This document shows, piece after piece, positions 1 to 12,100 of a DNA stretch of 64,000 nt. The notes under the pieces were generated by a model. It had not been told where the DNA came from. It saw only the letters and a list, made by a program, of their open reading frames with translations, and made no database searches. The first letter of the stretch is position 1. Each line of letters starts with the position of its first letter. Location: assembly GCF_018350175.1 (NCBI RefSeq), contig NC_058368.1, forward strand, positions 62,374,001 to 62,438,000, in the 5' to 3' direction. The translations under genes and the position numbers were made by a program. The DNA is from Felis catus (taxonomy: Eukaryota).

Positions 1-88
1 TGCCCCTCCCCCGTTCATGCTCTGTCTCTCTCTGTCCCAAAAATAAATAAAAAACGTTGAAAAAAAATTAAAAAAAATAAAAATAAAA
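1..88 (+). mobile_element. CanSINE (SINEC_Fc-type) 3' end, cut by the window start
   Basis: CT-rich segment tgcccctcccccgttcatgctctgtctctctctgtcccaaaaataaa followed by an A-rich tail; same sequence as the complete copies at 8355 and 53007. Confidence 0.9.
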
Positions 89-89
89 G

Positions 90-463
90 ATAAACTGATA
101 CAAATTGAAAATTTTTAAAGTTTGAGCAAAATTGATTCAAATCAGGCAGCATCTAATCTAGCAGATAGAAAGGAGCTCCAAGGAGCTGTACAGAATGAAA
201 GAGTTTTATAGGCCAAGGGAGTAGGACAAGGAAGTTGCACTAGGCAATAAAGGAGGTTGGCTATTGCAAGGACACTTTCCCTTGGGAAATGGAAGGGGTC
301 TATCAGGTGGATTGCCTAATTAGTGTTGATCAGGTGATTCTTGACTGACTGGTTTAAGATTCCATTCCTGGGAGAGTAGAAACTGTAATTATGCTAAGTC
401 ATAGTTTGGTGACATGGGTCTTAATATAGGCGATTCCTTTCGAAGCCTGTTGTGTTTTTAATA
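90..463 (-). mobile_element. Probable solo ERV1-type LTR (carnivore lineage)
   Basis: Minus strand starts tattaaaaacacaacaggc...cccatgtcaccaaac, resembling recalled ERV1 LTR 5' ends; family not determined. Confidence 0.5.
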
Positions 464-572
464 TGACACACTTTTATTATTTGTGGTCATAGATTCGTCT
501 CCTTTCCTTCTATGAGGATGAACCACCTCAGCTCCTAGCTAAGGTCAAGCTCTCTACTTGGTTGCTATATGC

Positions 573-1260
573 TGTTGGGGAAATACAATTACAAACAAAA
601 TTTCCTGCCAACCCAGGAAACCTCTTCAAAGAAGAAGAGAAAGAAAATGGTTTTATTATTGAAAAAGCATTAAACCAGAATGTGATGTATATCAAAGGTA
701 GTCTGCTAAAGACAGAAAGAAATTATCCATTTACATAAGTCAAACAGATACAATCCATTAGATACATCTTCATGACAAACTATTCTTAACTAGGAGGAAT
801 TGACGGCACCATTGGTTACACATAGTTCATCCTAAATTCACCTGGTAATTATGACCATCTGTGTTAGCTAATTGGCTTTATCCAAAGGAAAAATAAACTT
901 CTATCTTTATGAGAGAAAGTGGTTTTGCAACTTGGAGTGAGGCACCTACTGAAGTGAAGCCTATCTTCTCTCAGAAACTGGGAAATAAGGGCTTTATATT
1001 CCTTGATGGTTCTATCTCAAAGGGAAGCTTTCCAGGCCCCTGAGAAAAACATTCTTGACTGTGAGACCAGCAAGAGTTTCTTAAGCTTTTAAATGATTTA
1101 CATACATGTATCAAAGGGGCAGAGAAAGAATTTACAATTACCTAAGGAAAATGCTACCTAAAGAAAACGTTCCAAGGAAAAGAAGGAAGTGGGGAATTTC
1201 CTTCCCTTTTTGCATGGGAAAAAACATTACTTTCACTTTGAATTTGTTTTTACCCTTACA
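573..1260 (-). mobile_element. Solo ERV1 LTR, MER67-like, inserted in an L2 remnant
   Basis: TG...CA termini (tgttgggg at 573; ...cccttaca at 1260), degraded 4-bp TSD atgc/attc, aataaa on the minus strand near 652-657, L2-like sequence on both flanks. Confidence 0.6.
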
Positions 1261-1659
1261 ATTCCATTCCTTCCTTTCTCAGTATCATCAGATTTTTCTA
1301 TTCTCTGGACTGTTCCCATAAACATAAAATATGCTATGATTTCTCTAAACCAAAGAATTTAAAAAATTAAAAAAAAAAATCCTATGTGCTTTTGACGCCA
1401 CTTCCTATCAATGTATAGTCCTATCCTTTTCTTGACACAAGATTTCTTGAAAGAAATTTCTGTATAATCTGTGTCCAATTTCTCTTTCCAGGCTCTTTTG
1501 AACACACTCCACTTACAACAATATCCATAGTGCTGTTTATTCATCTTTCTTTACTTATCAACAGCATTTAACACATTGACTAAATGTGCATGTATATTTA
1601 TCTGTATATATGTATATATACATGCATAAAATCATACATATATAATCATACTTCACATA

Positions 1660-1667
1660 TAAATGTA

Positions 1668-1707
<40 letters not shown>
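1660..1707. repeat. (TA)n / (TATG) microsatellite
   Basis: Directly visible alternating TA run. Confidence 0.95.
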
Positions 1708-1709
<2 letters not shown>

Positions 1710-2004
1710 CATATTTCTCTTGCCATTTTAATTTCTCTTCTCATTGGAACTCATTTCTTCATTTGGTTCCTAGTTTGCCATACTAATTTTCCTTCTTTCT
1801 CTAGTGAATATTCCTCAGTAAGCTTTGCTGGATTCCCCTCTTCAAAATCCCAACGTCATAACACTAGAGTCTTTCTGTCCTTGAACTTAGCCTCTATCTA
1901 TATTTACTCCTTTGGTAATTTTATGTGTCCCTGGCTTAAATACTACACTCAAACATATACTAATTATGTATAAATTTCTACTTCTAGCCTAGATCTCTCC
2001 TTTT

Positions 2005-2050
2005 ATTTATTTTTATTTTTTTAATATGAAATTTATTGTCAGATTGGTTT
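2005..2050 (-). mobile_element. Ultra-short 5'-truncated L1 insertion (28 nt of L1 3' end plus A-rich tail)
   Basis: aatatgaaatttattgtcagattggttt (2023-2050) closely matches the reverse complement of the L1 3' terminus at ~61650-61679; 17-bp TSD cctagatctctcctttt at 1988-2004 and 2051-2067. Confidence 0.9.
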
Positions 2051-4815
2051 CCTAGATCTCTCCTTTTAACCACAGACTCATGAACCCCAATGAATATCAA
2101 ACACACACATAAATTTAACATACCCAGAGCTGATGTCCTGATATTCCCCACACATCTGCTCTTTCCACAGTCTCCCATGGTTTTGTAAATGGTAAACCTG
2201 ATCTCCAGTAGCTCAGGTTGCAAATTTGGAGCTATTACAACACCTCCCCATCATCTCCTATTCTTATTTTCCTCCTTTATTTTTCTCCTTTGTTCTTATG
2301 ACTAGACTATATGTTGGACATTTTACATGTTTACCTTGATTACTTTCTACTCCTTTGCTAGAAAGTAAATTTCATAAAAAATATTTTTTCATCATTACAT
2401 TCTTGTGTTTGATCCAATGAGTACTCAGTAAATATCTGTCGAATTAATGAATAAAAATGAATATTTTCTCCATTAGACAAATTTTGTCTTTAATTGCCTG
2501 GATACTAAACTACAAAGGAATAAAGAGGAAATATGTTGAGCTACTAAGATGGATGAATCTGAGGTTGAGAAATCCAATTTAATGAGTTCTAAAGTAGATT
2601 TATATAGCATTACTAATGAAAGTTATTTTGAATTTAAAATGTCCATGCCTGTTCTTGTACCTGGAATTTTCATTAGTTGGATTATAACTGCAACTGATCA
2701 AGAGAAATTTTGGTATAGAAAATTCAATCTCACCAGTTAAAATACATTAAGCTTACTCAGAAGTATTTATATCCTCTTTACAACAGGTCATTTGCAATAT
2801 TTCATAAATAATGTGCTCTCACCAGTATTTTTCTTTTTCTCCCCCACTCCTGGGCTTCCTAACTTCTCTTCTATTATGCTTCAGGTAATCTTCCTGGCTC
2901 TGACAATTAATTTTTTTCCCAGTTCTATCTTCCTTTGTGATAAAAAAGAATTGAGTTTTCCCTGGAGTAAACTGCGAGCGCTGTAGGGAATAACTGTCTT
3001 CACTTCAGACATTGGTTGCTCAGAAAAACTCTAGACTGATATCTCAGCATGTAGACACAATTGTAGATGTTTCTTTAAAAATCTGCTTGTGTTCTCTGCA
3101 CCAAACAAGGAAGGCATAATCTTTAATATCTAAGTAGACAAAATTATATTTATTTACAAATCATTGTGTTTTTCTTTGGCTTGACATCAGTCATTTGGTT
3201 GAGCTCTCTAAAGTCACACTTCTTTTGATCATAAGCACGTAACAGGTAGTATTTTTAGTATGTTTTAAAATTGACATCACTCCAAAAAAAGTAGTCATTC
3301 CTTTTGCCATGAAATTGTTTTGCTAATGCTATTAAATAATAACAATATTAAATTGGTAAGAATTTAAATAATGTAATATTTTCAAACAAGAATTGTACTA
3401 AGAGCAGTGATATTTAGAATTTAGAATGCCAATAAAGTCTTTTAAAATATAACATGGACAAAATAAGCCTTAACATAAAAATAAATACGATTTTGAATGT
3501 AAAAGGTTTCATCTTAAAAATGTGAACTCCATTTTGTATTCAAAAATTAGATTGTGACTTTTTCTTATGATGCATTACAGTCACAATTGTATGCCCTGGA
3601 AATAATACCTTGTGTGTGATTATTTTTCTGAGAATTATATACATGTTAATTCCACTTAAATGGAAAATACTATTGATCAGAAAAACTCATAATTTTGTAT
3701 TTAAAAAATTATACTTTAAAAACTATTCCTGTCAGCTTGAATCCATAGTTTAAAATGGGATCATCCATAAATATAGATTATATCATAAACTATCACCATA
3801 TTGAAAAAAATATATATCTTAGTCCATGTTGATGCCACTTACTGTATCTCTCCGAAGGATCATGTTGGAACCCCTCTACCCTTTTACTGAATTTGTGTAG
3901 ACAGTTGCAAGCATACTGAAGATTTTTCATTCTCCCTTGCAAAATGCATAGTCTCTGTATGTTAGTAAGAAGTAGGTTTGTGTCAAAGGAAATTGAGAAT
4001 CGCTATGTTAACTATTTCTCTGCAAATGATATATGTATTCTTTATGGCCACCAGCATGTATATATTTTTTTAACTGGTAGAACCATCCTGCTAATAGAAC
4101 AATCTGTTCTTTTGATTAGAGACTGAAGAGAAATGAAATAGGTTTCATAATATACAATTTTATACTGGGACTTACATGTGCACATTCATTCATTCATTTT
4201 GCTGAATAAACAACCCTGATAAGTAAAAAAAAAAAAAAAAAAAAAAAAACTATTCATATCGAATGTAAAAGGATCAGGCTTTAGTTCACTGATATTTGCT
4301 AACCATCTAAATTTTAATAAGATTACAGCCTATGTTTTATGTTTCACTATTTTCTCTTTTATGTTTACCATATTTTCTGGTGCCTAAAGAGAAGAGATGC
4401 TAACAATATTCTCTGAATGAATGTATTCATAGATTTAATGGTAATTTAAGTTTACAATAAAAAGCAATAAATACAGACTGAAAGAGCCAATGATGATGTT
4501 TTCTGCATAGGTTTTTATAAAGAAACAGTTAAAGTGATCTTAGCATATTTTGAATAATAAAAGTTGAGTTGTCAATATTGTAATATTTGGTGGCAAACAT
4601 ATATAATGTAATATCGATAAAGTCTTTTCACATTTTTTTATGAGTGAAGTGATACTACATATAATGTTAAAATGTTTACAAAGACTGGAATCATGAAATG
4701 ACTGATAATTTAACAAATACTAATTGCATACTGGTGGAAGTTCTTTCAAGGGAGTAGAAGCAATGTTGGCATCTCAAGGCATCCATTAAGTGCTTCATGG
4801 TCTCATGAAATTTCT

Positions 4816-5000
4816 TTTATTTTTTATTCCTTCATTTATTTTGAGAAAGAGAAAGCAGGGGATGGACTGAGAGAAAGGGAGAGAGAGATTTCCAAGCAGG
4901 CTCCACAAGACACAGGGCAAGATCACATGAATCATGAGATCATAACCTGAGCCAGAATCAAGAGTTGGGACACTCAACCAACTGAGCCACAAGATGCCCC
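4816..5000 (-). mobile_element. CanSINE (older subfamily)
   Basis: SINE body on minus strand; TSD tcatgaaatttct at 4803-4815 and 5003-5015. Confidence 0.9.
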
Positions 5001-5025
5001 AATCATGAAATTTCTAAACAAATAG

Positions 5026-5470
5026 TGGTAGTTCCCCTATTGGCAGGGGATATACTCTGTGCATATAGTATAGTTCTGAACCCTATATATACATTTTTTT
5101 CTGTATATACCTACCTGTGGTAAATTTAATTTATAAATTAGGCATGGTAAGAGATTGACAATAACTAATAATAAAATAAAACAATCATAATAATGTACCA
5201 TAATGAGAGTTATGTGAATGTGGTATTTTCTCTCAAAATATCTTAACTGTTACTGTCCTCACCTTTCTTCTTGCAATGATGTGAGATATAAAATGGCTAC
5301 ATGATGAGATGAAGTGAGGGGAAATGACATGGGCATGATGACATAGCATCAGGCTACTAGTGACCTTTGGACTGTAAGTCAGGAGCAGAGTCATCTGCTT
5401 TGGGGCACAGCTGATCTTGGGTAGTTAAAACCATGAAAAGTCAAACAGCAGAGAAAGGGGACACTACTAT
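5026..5470 (+). mobile_element. MER44-like (Tigger7) non-autonomous DNA transposon
   Basis: Blocks matching recalled MER44 consensus (tttaatttataaattaggca..gtaagagatt, gttatgtgaatgtgg, tgatgagatgaagtgagg); degraded TIRs. Confidence 0.75.
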
Positions 5471-5623
5471 ACTATTAAAATCCCTGTTATATCGCATTCT
5501 TTAGAGGAGGAAACATCCTCAATTTTTAAGAAAATCGCAGCCTTTTCTTCAAATTTGTCTTTATGGATTGTTATAGAACTTCACTCAGTCTGTTAAAACC
5601 AAGTGATAAATAGGCTGCCTATT

Positions 5624-5842
5624 GTTTTTTAATTAAAAAAATTAATGTTTATTTTTTTGAGAGAGAGAGACAGAGTGTGAGTGGGGGAGGGGCAGAGAAT
5701 GAGGGAGACACAGAATCCGAAGCAGGCTCCAGGCTCTAAGCTGTCAGCACAGAGCCTGACACGGGGCTGGAACTCACTGACCGTGAGATCATGACCTGAG
5801 CTGAAGCTGTACACCCAACCCACTGAGCCATCCATGCACCCC
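5624..5842 (-). mobile_element. CanSINE
   Basis: SINE body; TSD aa(t/c)aggctgcctatt at 5609-5623 and 5843-5857. Confidence 0.92.
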
Positions 5843-5973
5843 AACAGGCTGCCTATTTTATCTAGATACAACATATAGCTTTGCAATTTACACTGAATTT
5901 TTAGAGGTATTCAGACTGCCGTGTTACCAGGATATTTTTCCCAATAAAAAAGATTTTCTTTAAAATATGACTT

Positions 5974-6229
5974 GGGGTCCCTGAGTATTTCAGTCATTTA
6001 AGTGTCTGACTCTTGATTTTGGCTCAAGTCATGACCTCAAGATCTGTGATACCAAGCCCTGAGATGGGCTTTGCTCTGTCAGTATGGAGCCTGCTTGGGG
6101 TTCAATCTCTCCATCACTCTGCCCCTCCCTCTTTCATGCTCACTCCCTTTCTCTCAAAATAAATAAATAAACTTAAAAAAAAACAAATAAAATAAAATAA
6201 TAAAATAAAATAAAATAAATAAAATAAAA
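5974..6229 (+). mobile_element. CanSINE (older) with (TAAAA)n tail
   Basis: Degenerate tRNA-like head, CT-rich segment, tail expanded to a pentanucleotide repeat. Confidence 0.88.
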
Positions 6230-7149
6230 TGACTAGACCTTGAAAGTTTTAATTCTAACATTGTATGCCTTTCTTGTTTACGTTTCAGTTTTTCTTTATT
6301 TTATAATATGTATACATTCATGTGTATGTGTTCACATATATATGAAATAAGCATGTATCTTAGGACACAACTAAATAAAATATAATATATATATATATAT
6401 ATATTTTTGACTAGTCTTACAAGAAAAGATTATGACATACTTATCTGCAGTTTTGATAGCTTATAGTTGTGCAACCAAGTTTTGTATAATTCTAAGATCC
6501 AGTTGATAGTAAGCCAAAATATTCATGTAATAACATTACAACCTTAAATACGTTCATTTATTTCAACAACAAGAGCTTGTTAAATTATCTGTAAGTCTAA
6601 GTAGGAAAATATACATGCAACGGACCCAGAAATGTTTAACATTGATCATTCTTTCCATATTTTGGTTGTTCAATAATTAACTTGCTATCTGTGGCAAAAA
6701 CAGAGACAATTTTTATTTTTCTAATTTTATCCCTGATTAGCTGTGTGACTATAAGCAAATGACGATCCTTGCTTATCTAATGTGTAAAATAAAAATATCA
6801 ATAGTGTCTTATTTTGTATTTATCATGTTTATCATTATTCTCATACTATGGTAGGCCATTCAAATATAAAAATTCTACAATTTATCCGCCTGAAAATATA
6901 TTTCACATGCATACACCCAAAAAACAAATGCAGGAAACTGCCTTTTTTTTTTTTAGGATTTAATAAATGACAAGGAAAAAAAAATTACCAATGTGAGAAA
7001 AAGGAAATCATGTGTTCCAAGACTTACAAAGTTTTAAAATGCTAATATCGATTAAAAAGTAAAATCTAATCTCATCTTTCTTAGAAGAAATAAATCTAAA
7101 ACAAAATGTGTTAATATTTTAATTAATAAAGTGAATGAACCTTCTTCAG

Positions 7150-7560
7150 CTATTCTAGATAAAACTGAATACATGGGCACTAGGGAATGTATATCTGAAA
7201 TTCATGGTAGCCTTGTTTGTAACAGAAAAAACAAAACCCCCTAAATCTTCATTAACAACAGAATGGCTAAATATATTGTAGTGTAATCATGCAATAAAAA
7301 ACTAAATATTTAAAATATGTATTTTTATATTAAAATAAGTGAATCACAAATTGCGGTACCAAGATGAGTGACCCTCAAAACAAAATGTTGAATAAAGAAA
7401 AGGAAGTTATGGAAGTGATAATAAAATAGCATTCACAGAACTTTTAAAAACACACAAAAAAATGTAAGAATATACTCTATTGCAAAATATGACTATTACC
7501 AAATTGGAGAAACAGCAGAAAATAAAATCTTTAGGACTAGTTAGCCTTGTGGAATTAGAG
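7150..7560 (+). mobile_element. Ancient L1 (L1ME-like) 3' remnant
   Basis: ttcatggtagccttgtttgtaacag...ctaaatcttcattaacaacagaatggctaaatatattgtagtgtaatcatgcaat resembles the L1 ORF2 end/3'UTR. Confidence 0.5.
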
Positions 7561-8354
7561 ACATAGACAATCAGGGAGGAGTCTGTTCCAAGAAATGTTT
7601 CTATTTTTTCTATTTCACTGCATTGTATCTAGCATGCAGAACAAGCATAATTTTTGATTTATTCATAACAAAAGTTATTTTGTCTCATCATTCTTTAAAT
7701 TTATTCATAGTAAATTTCTCCTGCTTCTCCTCTCTTCTCTAACAGTAAATTTCTGGTTAAACACTTGTCAAGTTTCAGGAGTTTTCTGTTTGCTCTTAGA
7801 TAATAACACCGTTGAAAAAACTTTAGGTTGCAAAACAATTTCGGCATAAAAATTAATATCTGCACGTTTCAATCTTCACAAGTAGCTTAGTCTTCCCCTG
7901 CTCTTCCTTCTGCTAAGGTCTGCTGATGGAAGCCACCTTTTATCTGGAAAAGGTATCTGGGGACTGGTTACTTCTTCCCTGGGAGTAACCATTATTTCTA
8001 GGTCTCAAGACAGTATAAAGTGCCACTTTCCTGAGTTTAGAGAACTTTTTCCTGTTTTTAGTTTTACTTTTACATTTTCCTTCCTTTTTCCTTTTGGTGA
8101 GACTCCTATCATTGGTGACTTGTCCCTGCAATGCCATGCCATGGGCAATATTTTCCTTTACAATATTCTTCAGCTTTTGGTTCACCAGTGTCTCCCCTAT
8201 AAGAACTACTTTTAGAGACTCTTAGCCCAACTAAGAGCCCTAAGCCCTAGCCCAACTTTTCTGGTATAAGATTCCTTTACAAATGACCCTAAATACAAGT
8301 TCTACATCTGTTTTAGGATGCACCTATCTTAGATCTATTTGAAAAAGACTGTGA

Positions 8355-8582
8355 GGGGCGCCTGGGTGGCGCAGTCGGTTAAGCGTCCGACTTCAGCCAG
8401 GTCACGATCTCGCGGTCCGGGAGTTCGAGCCCCGCGTCAGGCTCTGGGCTGATGGCTCAGAGCCTGGAGCCTGTTTCCGATTCTGTGTCTCCCTCTCTCT
8501 CTGCCCCTCCCCCGTTCAAGCTCTGTCTCTCTCTGTCTCAAAAATAAATAAACATTAAAAAAAAAATTAAAAAAAAAAAAAA
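8355..8582 (+). mobile_element. Young SINEC_Fc-type SINE, complete
   Basis: Pol III A box tggcgcagtcgg (8367-8378), B box gagttcgagccc (8421-8432), CpGs intact, A tail, perfect 14-bp TSD gaaaaagactgtga (8341-8354; 8583-8596). Confidence 0.97.
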
Positions 8583-9081
8583 GAAAAAGACTGTGAATAC
8601 TTCCAATCTCTCTTCCTCTTTCCCTCCCTCTGCCATTTATCCTAAGGAAGCAGCTTGACAATACTTCCATTGCCCAATATTTTTCTTGGCATAAGTCCGA
8701 TTACCATCCCCCAAATGCAGGGGTCATATACTAAGTGTTCTAGCAATTCTCTGAAGAGTCATTTACTTTAAGTATAGCTCATTCACCTTGGAGCAGGAAT
8801 TTAGGTACATAGCGGGTCTTTCTTCAAAGAAATAGTCCAGAATTTAATTACTTACTCTCTTCCTTCCTTTTGATATTTTTCATCTTTCTGAGAATTCTAA
8901 GAATTACAGAATTAGTTTTCATCAGTTTTAGTTATAAGTTTTACACACGAAGATAATCTTCCCACCCACTTTGGTAATTGTTATCTATTATCTTCATGCT
9001 GTACTCACAAGTGAAGCAAATTGGTACCACCTTAATATCCTATTGCATATAATATATTTTGATGTTATAAAATATATTTTA

Positions 9082-9671
9082 TACTACTAGTCTTATATTC
9101 CTACTATAACAAACCATAACAAGTTTAGTGACTAATAAACAACATGGGGTTATTATTTTACAGTTCTTATAGGTCAAGTCTAACATTGGTCTCAGCAGAC
9201 TAAAATCAAGATGTGGGTAAGGCTGTGTTCCTCTCTGGAAGCTCTAAAAGAGAACCCATTTCCCTGCTCATTCAGATGGTTGAAAGAATTCAGTTCCTTC
9301 TGGTTGTGAAACTGAGTTTCATGTAGGCTGTAGCCTACAAATTCTGTCTGTATTCTTGCCTGTGTCTCCTTCCTTTCATCGTCAAAACCAGCAAAAGGGG
9401 GAGGAGCCCCTCTCATGCTTTGACCTCTCCTCCTTCTTTCTTCTGTTGAATCTCTGATTTCATCTTCCACTCTTAAGAGCCCATGTGTTAATACTGGGAC
9501 CACTTGATAATCTAGCATAATCTCCCTATGTTAGGGTTAGCTGATTAGCAAATTTAATTTCATCTGCAATTTTGATTCCCTTTTTCCATGTGATGTTAAG
9601 ATATTCATCAGGGCCTAGGGTGTGAGTCCTAAGCCTCACATCTTTGGTGAGTCATTAGTCAATCTATCACA
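9082..9671 (-). mobile_element. MaLR solo LTR (MLT1D/E-like)
   Basis: MLT1-type blocks ctaaaatcaagatgtgggtaaggctgtgttcctctctggaagctct, agaattcagttcctt, gctgattagc; ends ...tatcaca. Confidence 0.75.
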
Positions 9672-10227
9672 GATGTCTATGAAATATTTCATAGATAAAC
9701 AGTTTCTTCAAAGATGGTAACAACATGTCAGGCAAATACAAACAAATAAGTGTGTTAATAATGTCAGCCAGTCAAGAATTTAAGCAAAATGCATTTTGTG
9801 GAAAGGAGGATCATTGTGCAGAGGTAAAAGGGAAAATTTTCAATAGGACTTTAATAGTTCCACTTTTAAGTAATGAATAACCTACAATCTCAATAACCTC
9901 AATTTTTCAAACTACATGGAAATTGACAAAAACAACTTGGATAGAGAATTTAACAAAATGTTTCAACCTATGTCAGATCAGACAAGACACTGAGAATCTG
10001 AAAAATGTAAAATTTGAGAATAATTTACAGCTTAAAGATCATTCACTGTCTATGATTGCTGGTTAGTTTGTTAAAAGATTTTCCCAATATTGTTCAATTG
10101 AATTTAAACTGAATGATGAATTTAAGAAAATAAGTGGAAAGAGTTAATTTCTGTAGAGGAACATTAAAATCTGGTCCTTAGGAGTTAGTTGTGTAACCAA
10201 TCCAGACTAGCTAACATCACAAATTAA

Positions 10228-10445
10228 ACAGTAAAGTATAGTATTTAAGACAAAGTTGTGAATCTACACATCCATTGCTCAAATCTTGACTCTGATAATC
10301 ACCTCCATTTTTTGTCATGTCACTTAATTTTCCTCGTTTCAGTTTCCTCACCTATATTCATGCTTGTGAAGATTAAAATAGTTAATAAAACATGTGAACT
10401 TCTTAAAAGATTGCTCGGTTTCTAAAAAGCCTTTAGTCAACTTCA
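10228..10445 (+). mobile_element. MIR remnant
   Basis: MIR core-like tcacttaattttcctcgtttcagtttcctcacctata...ttgtgaagattaaa. Confidence 0.6.
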
Positions 10446-11845
10446 GTAATTAGGTCTAAGCTCCTAGCAGAAAAAGAATAGCACCTAGAAACTGAGGGAA
10501 TTTTTTTCATTCAAATTCTATCTGAGTCCCAGATTACCACCACTTATTGCTTGGGTGTATTATAATTTAACAATATTTAGGTCTTGGTATGAGAAATATT
10601 CTGCAGTATACTTCACTTCATGCTGAGTCAAGATTTAGACAGAGTTGGGTTCCACAGGATATAAGTGAAAACATTCTCTTTTGTCATACTTCTTGAACAA
10701 ATCCATTCTGAGGGGCTAATTCCTTCTTATTAAATTCAAGGTATTTTTCATTACTTTTGTGGTTACTCAACACAACAACAATAACAAGCCTCTTCAGTTG
10801 CACTCAGTCTCACCAAAGATTTGCATAATCAATAATTATATTATCCTGTGTAATAGCAAAACTAAACTTTATTTAAAGATTCTTCATTCAGTGACCTGGG
10901 CCCACTTTAGACTGGAGACATAAGTGGGAAAGGGACATTTGGCAGAACTTTTCTCCTTCCCTATCTTACTCTTTTATTTTTCTCCTTTGCTTTTTGAGAA
11001 TGGTGTATGATTTCCCCAGGGAAACAGTGAGAGTGGAGGTTAGAAAGGAAGTTTAAAGGGCAGAAACATTTTTTACTCACCTAGTTGAGTAAATATGGTT
11101 TGATTGTGGCTTTCCGGGTGCTTGGAATGCAACCAAAGATACCGCTCAAATAGAGTACATTTTCAGTTTCTTCACTTAAAACACGACTGCCTAGAGAATA
11201 CTGGAATTCCATTTTCGTGACGGAAGCAGTGCATTTTCCTAGGCTGATTGCTTATGGTTTTCTCAGTGCCTACTCATCCAGAGGTCCGCCTTACTGTTGG
11301 CATTCCATGACCCCTCCAGACAGCCATCTGAAGCAGTGTTGTGAATGGCAGCAGCTGGCTCCTTCTCTGCATAGCACACATCTGGAACACGAGAAACAAT
11401 CCAAAATTACACAAAGTGTAGCTAGTCTCAATAAAGTCTTTCTCTCTCCCTGTTTTGCCATCTCAGGCAGATACAAAAACGTCAAGCTCTTTTTAAATGA
11501 ATTGCACATTGTTTACTATTTCCAAATTCCATGGGGATCTGTCAGCATGATGACATATCTACCCACCCTCTCCACTTCCCTCTATAGGGATGGGAAGGAA
11601 AATGGCAGGCAAAGTCTCATTTTTCCTCCCAAAGATATTTTCTTCTTTCCTCTTTACATCAGCCTTTTTATACCCTCAAGAGGGAGGTAGGCCAAGGGTA
11701 GAAATAGTTAAGAAAACAAGACTTAAAAATAAATCATTAAATAGTTTGAGTATGTATTTCTTAATTCCCTATAGGACACCCAGTATATCATTTAGAATAT
11801 GGTAATGTTTGCCACATATCTTTCTTCCCCAATCTTTTGAAGACT

Positions 11846-12100
11846 TGTTATGGAGTGAACATTTGTGTCCCCTTACAATTCATATGTTAAAGTCCTAACT
11901 TCATGGTATTTAAAGATGGGAGTCTTTGGAAGTAACGAGGGCTAAATTTGGTCATGAGGTTGGCGTCCTCATAAAGGGATTAATGGCCTTATAAGAAGAG
12001 GGGGAGACAGACAGAAGGAGAGAGAGAGAGAGAGAGAGAAATCTCGCCAACATGCACACACACACACATATTGTGCATCAAGGAAAGACTCAGTGAGGTT
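11846..12100 (+). mobile_element. MaLR LTR 5' fragment (MLT1A/B-like) with GA/CA repeats
   Basis: tgttatggagtgaacatttgtgtccccttacaattcatatgttaaagtcctaac...ccttataagaagag. Confidence 0.75.

Larger units (their letters stand above)
1261..2455 (+). mobile_element. L2 LINE remnant (3' part; also 490-572 left of the LTR)
   Basis: Pyrimidine-rich L2-like blocks ending in the L2-type 3' terminus tactcagtaaatatctgtcgaattaatgaat at ~2422-2452. Confidence 0.6.

Noticed and set aside
1584..1973. 129-aa ORF rich in YI repeats (likewise 53941-54141 and 55097-55316)
   Set aside because: Translation of (TA)n low-complexity tracts, not coding
4225..4249. Isolated A25 tract as a possible retrocopy tail
   Set aside because: An aataaa lies upstream, but I see no TSD or recognisable retrocopied body
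8355..8440. tRNA-like A/B-box sequence
   Set aside because: It is the tRNA-derived head of a SINE, not a tRNA gene
8437..8670. ORFs overlapping SINEs (also 20313, 33008, 38844, 48758, 53033, 54326 and others)
   Set aside because: Recurrent SINE-derived peptides (GAWVAQSV..., RERETQNPKQAPGS) with no evidence of exonisation
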